A stretch of DNA of 59,924 nt from Candidatus Zhuqueibacterota bacterium (GTDB taxonomy: Bacteria > Zhuqueibacterota > Zhuqueibacteria > Thermofontimicrobiales > Thiofontviventaceae): NCBI GenBank assembly GCA_036351795.1, contig JAZBPW010000081.1:1-59924 (forward strand), read 5' to 3'. Shown piece after piece: positions 1 through 8,181 of this stretch. Under the pieces are notes generated by a model. The model did not search any database. It had not been told where the DNA came from and saw only the letters and a list, made by a program, of their open reading frames with translations. Position 1 is the stretch's first letter, and each line of letters begins with the position of its first letter. Both the position numbers and the translations under genes were made by a program.

Positions 1-2
1 AA

Positions 3-44
3 TGATCCATAATTTCATTAGAATATGCCTGATCCATAATTTCA
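3..44. repeat. 15-bp direct repeat TGATCCATAATTTCA x2
   Basis: Identical copies at 3-17 and 30-44 (27-bp period), at the window edge. Confidence 0.7.
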
Positions 45-98
45 AACCTGAATTTAAGTCAAATGATAATTTGAGACCGTCTGATTAAGCGATTTTTT

Positions 99-605
99 TT
101 ACCAAATTTCCAGATGATACTCATTGTCTTGAAAATATATCTCCGCACCATAGTCGCTGGCGAACGCGAACGAGATGACGACGCTGGGAAATCCCCGCTC
201 ATTCGATTGCTGGAAATTCACCGGCGGTACATACACACGCTGAAAAAACTGGCGCACAATCCCCGTCTCCTGACGCTCGAAAATGGCAATGTAGTAAGGC
301 ATTTTCTCTTCTGCATTCAAGCAGCTCTCACAAACCCCGCTGATGACATAGTCTGGAATTGTATTCTGATTCAGATCGACCAGGAGCTGCAATCGTGCCT
401 CGGACTCATCGAACATTCGCTGCTGATCTGGGGGTAAATCATTTTTATTCAATAACCTGGATTCTCTGAATTCAGGGACATAATTACCAAGGAATTTTTG
501 GTTGAATTGAAGAAGATTTTCGTCCGGATCTTCCTGAGCGCAACCGGCAATGAGAACGAGAAGTGTAAAAATGGCCGACATCCAGATATATTTTTTCATT
601 ATCAT
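99..605 (-). CDS. Hypothetical lipoprotein
   Basis: MKKYIW...LVLIAG-C lipobox. DLNQNTIPD resembles a Ca-binding loop. The start may be 599. Confidence 0.7.
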   Translation of the reverse strand: MIMKKYIWMSAIFTLLVLIAGCAQEDPDENLLQFNQKFLGNYVPEFRESRLLNKNDLPPDQQRMFDESEARLQLLVDLNQNTIPDYVISGVCESCLNAEEKMPYYIAIFERQETGIVRQFFQRVYVPPVNFQQSNERGFPSVVISFAFASDYGAEIYFQDNEYHLEIW

Positions 606-758
606 TCCTTTGGCGAAGATGTTATTTATTATGAAAGTATGAAAAGATATAAATTATTTTGCTAAATGTCAAGTATATTTGATTATTATAAATCGCTTGA
701 AATATTCATAGATTTTTTATTAAATTAAGAATGTTGACATCACGGACATTCGGATACT

Positions 759-1748
759 ATGAAAAAAATAACCTTCGCATTGCTTCTCGTCGCTCTTATA
801 CTGCTTTGTGGTACTTTTGGCTACATGCTGCTGGAGGGATGGGGCCTTTTCGATGCATTCTACATGACAATTATTACTATCAGCACCGTGGGGTTTCATG
901 AGGTTGCGTCCCTGGGAAAGGATGGCAGGATTTTCACCGTGATTTTGATCGTGCTGGGGATCGGTGTGGGCGGATACACGATCGGGCAGATCACATCTTT
1001 TATTGTCGAAGGGAATATTCGAAACATTTTTAAGGGGAGAAGGATGGAGAAAGAAATCGCATTACTGAGCAATCATGTGATCGTATGCGGCTATGGAAGA
1101 ACCGGAGCCGAGATCGTGGAGACGCTCAGAAATAACAGAAAGCGCTTCGTGATCATAGATAAAGACGAATCCATCGTCATGGAGCTTCAGGGGAAAGGAT
1201 TTGTGGCACTGGTGGACGACGCGACGGATGATGATGTGCTGCGCAAGGCAGGGGTTGAAAGCGCGTTCTGTTTAATCACAGCCCTTGGAAATGATGCGGA
1301 CAATGTCTATGTGGTTCTGACAGCGCGAGAGATCAATCCGAAATTACGGATCATCGCACGTGCCGTTGATCAATCTTCTTCCAAAAAACTGATCCGCGCC
1401 GGCGCCGACAAAGTCGTTTCCCCGTTTGAGATTGCAGGACGCAGGATGGCATATCTTGCCACCAATCCGGAAATCGTCGAGTTTCTGGAAGTGATGACAA
1501 AGAGCTCCGAGATCGAGCTTAAGATAGACCAGGTGACAATAGGCGAAAAGAGCCGGCTTAAGGACACGAAACTCAACCAGTCTGATATTCGATCGCTCAC
1601 AGGCGGGGCGATGATAATTGGAATAAAAAAAAGTGAGGATGCTCGTATGATCGTAAATCCGCCGGGGGAGACGCTACTGGAGGAGAATGACGTCCTTGTT
1701 GTATTGTCAAACGATATTCAACTTGAAAAACTTCATGAATTTGTCTGA
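759..1748 (+). CDS. 2-TM potassium channel with TrkA-N/TrkA-C (RCK) domains
   Basis: Pore helix and filter TISTVGF, Rossmann motif VIVCGYGRTG, C-terminal TrkA-C (IVNPPGETLLEENDVLVV). Confidence 0.92.
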   Translation: MKKITFALLLVALILLCGTFGYMLLEGWGLFDAFYMTIITISTVGFHEVASLGKDGRIFTVILIVLGIGVGGYTIGQITSFIVEGNIRNIFKGRRMEKEIALLSNHVIVCGYGRTGAEIVETLRNNRKRFVIIDKDESIVMELQGKGFVALVDDATDDDVLRKAGVESAFCLITALGNDADNVYVVLTAREINPKLRIIARAVDQSSSKKLIRAGADKVVSPFEIAGRRMAYLATNPEIVEFLEVMTKSSEIELKIDQVTIGEKSRLKDTKLNQSDIRSLTGGAMIIGIKKSEDARMIVNPPGETLLEENDVLVVLSNDIQLEKLHEFV

Positions 1749-3592
1749 AAGACAAGGGGGAGAGTGACGGTGAATATGGTGCTTTCATTGAGGATACTCT
1801 CCACCTCGATTTTGCCCTCATGTTCATCAATGATCTGCTGCGCGATAGCCAGCCCCAATCCGGTTCCATCCTTCTTTGTTGTGTAATAAAAATCAAAGAT
1901 GTGTTCGAGAGATTCCTTCGAAATGCCGCCTCCGGTATCCCTGAATTCGATCTTCACCAGATCATGATACCCTTCGCTGGTGACGGATGAATCCGCATAC
2001 ACCTTGATCCTCAGTTCCCCGCCATCCGTCATTGCCTGCAGCGCGTTGATCACAATGTTGATGAAGGCCTGTTTGATACGGTTTTCATCCGCATTCACCG
2101 TCAATGATCCGGGATCGTATTCAGCGATGATCTGTATATTCTTCTGTTCCGCTTCAACATCATAGGCTTCTATTATTTCCTGAATGAGACGGCTGATGGT
2201 CACTTCGGATTTTTTCAGTTCGGGTTGTATCGCGATCAATAGAAAATTATTCACCAGCTTATCGAGTCTGGATATCTCGGAAGTCACGACATTCTGATAG
2301 TGCAGAAGTTTCGTTTTATTGACTGCACTCTTCTCGAGCTCTTTTCTCTGGATCTGCATGTTAATGACCATGGCATTCAAGGGATTCTTGATCTCGTGGG
2401 ACAGAATGGCGGCCATTTTGCTCAATGTTTCAAATCGTTCGATTCGTTTCAGGCGATTCTGATATGCCGTGAGCCGTATCGCCATTGTATTGAACTGCTT
2501 CATCAATGTCGCAATTTCATCTTTACCTCGGGGCTTGATACGATAATCGAGATTTCCCGTCGAATATTTCTTGATCCCGCTGATCAGAAGATTGATTGGT
2601 TCGACAATCCTCCTGGTATATATGTAAGCGATGATTGAAGCGATCAATAGCGCGGAAATAACGATCACGATGATCTGCATATTCATGTGCCGGGCGGGTC
2701 TGAATGCTTCCGGTGTGGGTTGCTGTATCACGATCCCCCATCTGGTGGTATTGAGCGGTGCAAAAGATGCGATCATTTCAATTCCATCGGAGTTACTATA
2801 AATTTTATGACCCGATTCATTTCCGGCAATGCCGTCCAGAATACTCTGAATATTGAAATTATCTTTGCCATATATCTTTTTCCGGTCAGAGTGGGCTATG
2901 AATGTTCCATTTTTGTCGAAGACGAAAGCCTCTCCCTGGTCTCCAACAGCTGAACTGTCGATCAGATCCCACATGACTTTCAGATTGACTTTAGCGTGCA
3001 GGATCCCCTCGGATCCGTCGAGGAATAGCAGCGGTTGTGCGAGTTCGATGAATGGAAGATTTTCATCGGAGATTTGCAGCTCCGACAGATAATCGTCGCC
3101 GAGGCGAAGCTTGCGCACGAAATCCTTTCCCATGTGTACATCTCGATCACTGATATAGTGGGTGGATATGTCGATCTGGCCTGCGTCGTTCAGTATCGCG
3201 ATCTCTTCGAAAATATCGACATCCTTCACAACATTATTGATCAGAATCGCCGGTGTTATTGTCCGCATGTCGAATGTCTGAACGTTTTCCGCGGTGGATT
3301 TCAGTACTTTCTGCGCTTGATCCAGAGAATTGGCGATGCTCTGTGAGGTTCTTTTTGCAAATTCAAGATTCCGGTGCGATACGATATCTTCTATTGAATT
3401 TTTAGCTGTGCGTGTCAGTAAAATCCCTGCGATAACAATCGGCAGAGATGCCAGCAAAATATGAGATATCAGGAGACGTGTGAGAAGTCTGTTAAGAAGC
3501 TTGATCCTGCTTCTTGGTATGTCGGCCCTATTTCTTGAATTTCCATTCATCGAAAGGTAGTATTTCTTTTCTGTTTTCAATGAATTGATCAA
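1733..3592 (-). CDS. Sensor histidine kinase (dCache-HAMP-HisKA-HATPase)
   Basis: Two TM helices flank a Cache-like domain. HAMP (DEIATLMKQFNTM), H-box SHEIKNPL, N-box NALQAM, DTGGGI, GTGLGL. The true start is probably a little downstream of 3592. Confidence 0.93.
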   Translation of the reverse strand: MINSLKTEKKYYLSMNGNSRNRADIPRSRIKLLNRLLTRLLISHILLASLPIVIAGILLTRTAKNSIEDIVSHRNLEFAKRTSQSIANSLDQAQKVLKSTAENVQTFDMRTITPAILINNVVKDVDIFEEIAILNDAGQIDISTHYISDRDVHMGKDFVRKLRLGDDYLSELQISDENLPFIELAQPLLFLDGSEGILHAKVNLKVMWDLIDSSAVGDQGEAFVFDKNGTFIAHSDRKKIYGKDNFNIQSILDGIAGNESGHKIYSNSDGIEMIASFAPLNTTRWGIVIQQPTPEAFRPARHMNMQIIVIVISALLIASIIAYIYTRRIVEPINLLISGIKKYSTGNLDYRIKPRGKDEIATLMKQFNTMAIRLTAYQNRLKRIERFETLSKMAAILSHEIKNPLNAMVINMQIQRKELEKSAVNKTKLLHYQNVVTSEISRLDKLVNNFLLIAIQPELKKSEVTISRLIQEIIEAYDVEAEQKNIQIIAEYDPGSLTVNADENRIKQAFINIVINALQAMTDGGELRIKVYADSSVTSEGYHDLVKIEFRDTGGGISKESLEHIFDFYYTTKKDGTGLGLAIAQQIIDEHEGKIEVESILNESTIFTVTLPLVFQTNS

Positions 3593-4697
3593 ACTTGTTG
3601 GTGTTCACGAAATACCAATCCAGCCAGATAAAAAAGAGAAAAGATGCCGGCTGATCTTTGATGACCGCCCTGACGACACCCTGCATCAGCTGATCGCGGG
3701 TCGGCGGTTTCTGCTCTCCTGCCATATCGAGGAAATAGCTCGCGGTTTTATTGTAGTAGCTGAAAATATTTTCCTCTCCGGTGATACTGAAATGCTTTTT
3801 GAGATTTTCTACCGTATCATCGAATTGAATGTTAGTGAGGAGCGCATCATAGCGACCCGAGTTCACAGATTTCACAATATCCATCTTTGACATTGGCCGG
3901 ATGGCGGCGTCAATACCGATCTTGTTCCAGTCGAGTTTAACCAGGCGAACAATATCTTCGTCCGGTAAAACGCCTTTTTCATAGATCAGCGTGAACTTCA
4001 GGGGAATGTTGTTTTTTTCGAGGACACCGTCGTTATTGGAATCCCGGCATCCCTCCATTCTGAGTGTGCGCATGGCGCGTTGCGGCTGGTATTTATAATC
4101 TTCGAATTCCTGTATGTAGAGTTGAGATGAAACGTCCAGGGGCCCATATGCAATATTTGCGCGTGAATCCAGGAGATTTTTGTGTATATAGCGTTTGTTG
4201 ATCGCGTAAGTCAATGCTTTCCTTATATTGCGGTTAGCCAGTAAAGGATGATTGTTGTTGTAGGCAATCAATTTGGCATAATGACTTGGACGTATTTTGA
4301 ACAAAACCTTGATGGCTGAATTCGCCTTGTCGATCTCATCGGCAATTTGGGCGCTCTCAGTCCTCGAATAATCGATCTCCTCGGTGATAATCGCGGCGAG
4401 AAGAGATTTTTCAGATTCAAAGAAGCGGATGACAATGTATTGAGGTGTGTAGGGCGGTGGATAATTATTCTTGTAAACGACCTCTTTCGGAGTGTTTTTT
4501 ACTTGAGTGAATGATATTCTCTCTGTGTTGCGACTGACAGGGTAGAAGTTGGATTTGAGCAGTTCTCCGACATTCTGGTAATCCACGCGTCCCGAGAGCT
4601 CTCCGATGACAATGGAGTTTTCCCCGTAACTCTGTGGATACACAAATGTACTAGCAGAGCAGAGAAAAAGATATATGAAGATTGATCGTTTTACCAT
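3528..4697 (-). CDS. Family-5 (peptide/nickel-type) solute-binding protein, shortened
   Basis: Signal peptide; NNNHPLLANRNIRKALTYAINK; DSNNDGVLEK; DWNKIGIDA. 389 aa, shorter than typical family-5 proteins (about 500+ aa). Confidence 0.8.
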   Translation of the reverse strand: MVKRSIFIYLFLCSASTFVYPQSYGENSIVIGELSGRVDYQNVGELLKSNFYPVSRNTERISFTQVKNTPKEVVYKNNYPPPYTPQYIVIRFFESEKSLLAAIITEEIDYSRTESAQIADEIDKANSAIKVLFKIRPSHYAKLIAYNNNHPLLANRNIRKALTYAINKRYIHKNLLDSRANIAYGPLDVSSQLYIQEFEDYKYQPQRAMRTLRMEGCRDSNNDGVLEKNNIPLKFTLIYEKGVLPDEDIVRLVKLDWNKIGIDAAIRPMSKMDIVKSVNSGRYDALLTNIQFDDTVENLKKHFSITGEENIFSYYNKTASYFLDMAGEQKPPTRDQLMQGVVRAVIKDQPASFLFFIWLDWYFVNTNKFDQFIENRKEILPFDEWKFKK

Positions 4698-4755
4698 AGC
4701 GTGGCAGAAAGCGCTCTAGTCACTTATCCGAATATCCGCTCCTTTATTAAGGATT

Positions 4756-4784
4756 ATAATAGAAAGATTTTCAATAAATTGCAA
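4756..4784 (-). promoter_or_regulatory. sigma70-like promoter for the SBP/kinase pair
   Basis: Minus strand TTGCAA-17 nt-TATTAT. Confidence 0.45.
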
Positions 4785-4959
4785 GTAAAAAAAAATGTTA
4801 TTGACATTTATTAAAATTATTGTTTAATTTAATTCGACTTTGTCAAATTCAGCTAGGAGTAAACTTGAATTCAGTCCTGCTGCACGTCGAAGAGTGAAAT
4901 GCATATACTCAAATTTCAATTGACAGAGCATATTATCGAGCATAATGGGGCAATTGTTC

Positions 4960-6198
4960 ATGAAGAAATACATCTATATATGCGTCTTGTTCTTGCTGTT
5001 CCTTGTGTACGGTTGTACGGATGAACAGCCGGTAGTGATTGAAGAGAGACTGGTTGGAAGTGTGGTTGGACGGATAAAGCCCGCCGGAATTAATGCAAAG
5101 GTGTCGCTTGTCCAGGGCGCTGTGGTGGATAGCACCACAGCGGATTCACTGACAGGCGCGTTCAGCATCGATGACGTCCAGGTCGGATTCTACACTTTGC
5201 GAGTGACTGCAAACGGCTACGGTGTCCATGTCACAGAAATGGTTGAGATCGTGGCGAATGGTGTCACATCCATCGGAGAAGTGCTGATGAAAACGACACC
5301 CAATCAGATCAGGAGTTTCTCTCCTGCAAATAACAGCAAGGATATCGGTTTGAAACAGTCAGGTGTCATTGATTTCAATATCCTGATGGATCATTCTTCA
5401 GTAGAAAACGCTTTTTCCATATCCCCATCAACACCGATGCTTTTTACATGGGAAGAGGATGGTGAAGGATCGAGAATGACCTTCAGTCCCGATGGGCAGT
5501 ACAGGGCGTACACAACATATTCGATGACGTTGGGAACAAATGCAATGAGCATTTACAGAGACAGCCTTTCGATTGCTCTAAACGCTGTGTTTACTACGGA
5601 ACCGGTCAAGATAGTCTCTTTCACTCCGGAGAACGGAGCTACTTATGTGGATCCCGCGTCCTCTTTATACATGAGGTTCAATACGGCAATGAACAGCAGC
5701 AGTGTGGAAAATGCGTTCAGCACTGTACCGGAAGCACGGGGGCAGTTCAAATGGCATAACGAGCTATCCTGCACATTTATCCCTTCGAATGATCTGGCAA
5801 CATCCACAGCGTATCTGGTCACGATTTCCAGGGGTGCCAGGGACCATCATGACTCTCATATCGAAAGTACGTATAACGCATCATTCACGACTGAACCACT
5901 TCTCGTGGTTGATTCATATCCCAAGGACGGGGCGACAGATCTGAGCAGGAATACGACGATCATGATAACATTCAATGCTGCGGTAGACCAGAGAGCGGCT
6001 GAGCAGGCATTCAGCATTACACCGGCGAAGAACGGAGTTTTTGCCTGGAGCGACAAGAAAAAATTTTCATATAAACCGGACGAAGAACTGGCAATGAATG
6101 CCTTTTACTTTGTGGCACTGGATTCAACATGTGTCGATGAGTACGGCGAGCATCTGGCAGAACCATTCACGGTTATTTTCAAAACGGGAAGCCTATGA
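4960..6198 (+). CDS. Lipoprotein with a carboxypeptidase-regulatory-like domain and three Big_5 Ig-like repeats
   Basis: Lipobox FLVYG-C from the ATG at 4960. Three repeats of the form S(F/Y)xP.N(G)A...F...(M/V)(D/N)..SVENAFS..P...F(T)TEP. Confidence 0.85.
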   Translation: MKKYIYICVLFLLFLVYGCTDEQPVVIEERLVGSVVGRIKPAGINAKVSLVQGAVVDSTTADSLTGAFSIDDVQVGFYTLRVTANGYGVHVTEMVEIVANGVTSIGEVLMKTTPNQIRSFSPANNSKDIGLKQSGVIDFNILMDHSSVENAFSISPSTPMLFTWEEDGEGSRMTFSPDGQYRAYTTYSMTLGTNAMSIYRDSLSIALNAVFTTEPVKIVSFTPENGATYVDPASSLYMRFNTAMNSSSVENAFSTVPEARGQFKWHNELSCTFIPSNDLATSTAYLVTISRGARDHHDSHIESTYNASFTTEPLLVVDSYPKDGATDLSRNTTIMITFNAAVDQRAAEQAFSITPAKNGVFAWSDKKKFSYKPDEELAMNAFYFVALDSTCVDEYGEHLAEPFTVIFKTGSL

Positions 6199-6200
6199 TG

Positions 6201-7049
6201 CTACAGGTACTCTCTGTAAGTCTCCTCACGTTCCGGATCCAGAGAGATCAGTTTTTCGAAGATTTCTTTATTATCAGTATCCTTGAACAGGTCGATAAGT
6301 TCTATGTGGTGTGCGGTCAGAAATTTTTTGCATCTTTCATTTTCAGGATCTTTGGATAGAATTTCTTCGATCATATCGACGGCAGCGGCTGTATACTTGC
6401 GCGCTTTATTCGGATCTTCCTCGGCGTAGTAGAGTCCGTAGAAAAAATAGTCCTTCATTTCACGGAATGGAAGATTTTTGTCGCTGAGGATATCCAGAAT
6501 AAGATCATTGCGAAGGTCCCAGCCATCCTGAAAACGACCCATGCCGAACTTCGCCTGTTCGGCTATGATTTTTGCTTTTTCGAAGTAAGGCGTTCCCATT
6601 AAATGGCCCATTTTGTCCATTTGATCACCGATCAGTATGTTGACGAAAAAATCGAGCAAGCTTGTGAGTGAATCCCAGTTTCCATCGGAGTGTTGCAATC
6701 GCTCCCCCTGCTGGTATTCCATGCGGCATCGTTTATCAAAGTATTGGACATCCGAGTTATCGGAGATTAATATTTGAATTCCGTACCGGTCCTCATAGCT
6801 CGCGCTTAAGTCTGTACGGAAAAAAATCTGCAGCGACAAAGGTATTTCGACGTCGAATTCATTATTGGTCCAGTCGCTGTTATTGATATATTCTTCCACA
6901 ACCATTTGAAAATTGGCGAGTTTTTGCTGCTTCTCAAGGGGCAAATTTTCGAGTGTGACGGAGACGGTGGCTTTGAGCGTCTGTGAGAAGACCGGGGCAG
7001 CCAAAAGACAGAGTATAAAAACAGATGAAAGGATGAATTTAACTCTCAT
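6201..7049 (-). CDS. porD: DUF4835 family / T9SS-associated PorD-like protein
   Basis: Signal peptide, then YINNSDWT, DSLTSLLDFFVNILIG.QMD....GTPYFEKA..IA, GW, PFRE, matching the DUF4835 pattern. AAAGGA RBS before the ATG at 7049. Confidence 0.75.
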   Translation of the reverse strand: MRVKFILSSVFILCLLAAPVFSQTLKATVSVTLENLPLEKQQKLANFQMVVEEYINNSDWTNNEFDVEIPLSLQIFFRTDLSASYEDRYGIQILISDNSDVQYFDKRCRMEYQQGERLQHSDGNWDSLTSLLDFFVNILIGDQMDKMGHLMGTPYFEKAKIIAEQAKFGMGRFQDGWDLRNDLILDILSDKNLPFREMKDYFFYGLYYAEEDPNKARKYTAAAVDMIEEILSKDPENERCKKFLTAHHIELIDLFKDTDNKEIFEKLISLDPEREETYREYL

Positions 7050-8135
7050 ATGCATATTCCTTTACATGAAAAACGAACTCATTTTCTAGTTATATTATTT
7101 TACACTGCTGAATTGATTTTTTGTTCACAGGTTTTGGCCAGCTTTGAAGATATCGGCTTGAGCGCACGTCAACAGGCAATGGGGGGTACGGCAGCGGCAT
7201 ATGTCAATTCCGCCGACGCTGTTTTTATGAATTGCAGCGGGCTGGCGATGGCCGCAGCACCGCACTTTTCAATGTTCTACACGAATCCGTTCGGTTTGAA
7301 ATCAGTAGCCCATGCCTCTCTCTCTGCAGTGTTCCCTCACAGAACGGGTGCCTACGGTCTGGCGGTAGAAACTTTCGGAAACAACCTTTATCAGGAGAAT
7401 CTATACCTGATCTCCTATGCGCGCTCGTGGAACAAGAGATTTCATTACGGCGCCGCAATGCGTTTGATGCATCTCGATATTAGCAAATACGGTACGGACA
7501 CGGCAATCGGATTTGACCTTGGCTTTTCAACAGCATTGAGTCCCAGATTTCAATGGGGATTTTATGCGCACAATCTGAATCGTCCCGTCATTAGTGCCCA
7601 GGATCAGGCGATTCCGCAGATATTTTGTTCCGGGATCAGTGTGCTCCCGGTGGATAACGCCCGGCTGAACGTCGATCTTTACAAGGATAGCAAATTTCCC
7701 GCTGAATTACGTTTCGGCTTCGAATATACCGTATTGGATCGGCTGGCTCTGAGAAGCGGATTCTCGACTGAACCTGCGCGATTCACTGCTGGATTTGGCA
7801 TCGCCTTTTCGCTGTTGCAGCTGGATTACGCGTTTCAAACACATAACGATCTGGGCAACACACATCAGTTTTCGATGAGCGTATTTCTCAAGAAGAGGAC
7901 GCGAGAGCGATCGGATAAGATTGAGTATCAAATGGAGTTGCTAAAGATAAATATCAATATAGCGTCCGAAGAACAGCTTCAGACGCTGAGGGGGATCGGA
8001 CCAACGCTTTCCAGAAGGATTGTTATGTATAGAGAAGATTACGGTCCGTTTGAGGATATAGAAGATCTCAAGAATGTCAAAGGTATCGGTGATGTGATGT
8101 TCGAAAGAATAAAGGACCGGATCACGACTGAATAG
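7050..8135 (+). CDS. PorV/FadL-like outer-membrane beta-barrel fused to a C-terminal ComEA helix-hairpin-helix domain
   Basis: SARQQAMGG...AVFMNCSGLA PorV-type N-terminus. Amphipathic strands end LDYAFQTHNDLGNTHQFSMSVF, followed by KININIASEEQLQTLRGIGP...KNVKGIG (ComEA). The start is uncertain. Confidence 0.8.
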   Translation: MHIPLHEKRTHFLVILFYTAELIFCSQVLASFEDIGLSARQQAMGGTAAAYVNSADAVFMNCSGLAMAAAPHFSMFYTNPFGLKSVAHASLSAVFPHRTGAYGLAVETFGNNLYQENLYLISYARSWNKRFHYGAAMRLMHLDISKYGTDTAIGFDLGFSTALSPRFQWGFYAHNLNRPVISAQDQAIPQIFCSGISVLPVDNARLNVDLYKDSKFPAELRFGFEYTVLDRLALRSGFSTEPARFTAGFGIAFSLLQLDYAFQTHNDLGNTHQFSMSVFLKKRTRERSDKIEYQMELLKININIASEEQLQTLRGIGPTLSRRIVMYREDYGPFEDIEDLKNVKGIGDVMFERIKDRITTE

Positions 8136-8181
8136 AGAGCCATCGCAGATCCATATTGAACCGGGTAGTCAATTTACGGAA

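Noticed and set aside
3528-3592. SBP-kinase fusion by read-through of the SBP TAG
   Set aside because: The two ORFs are in different frames.
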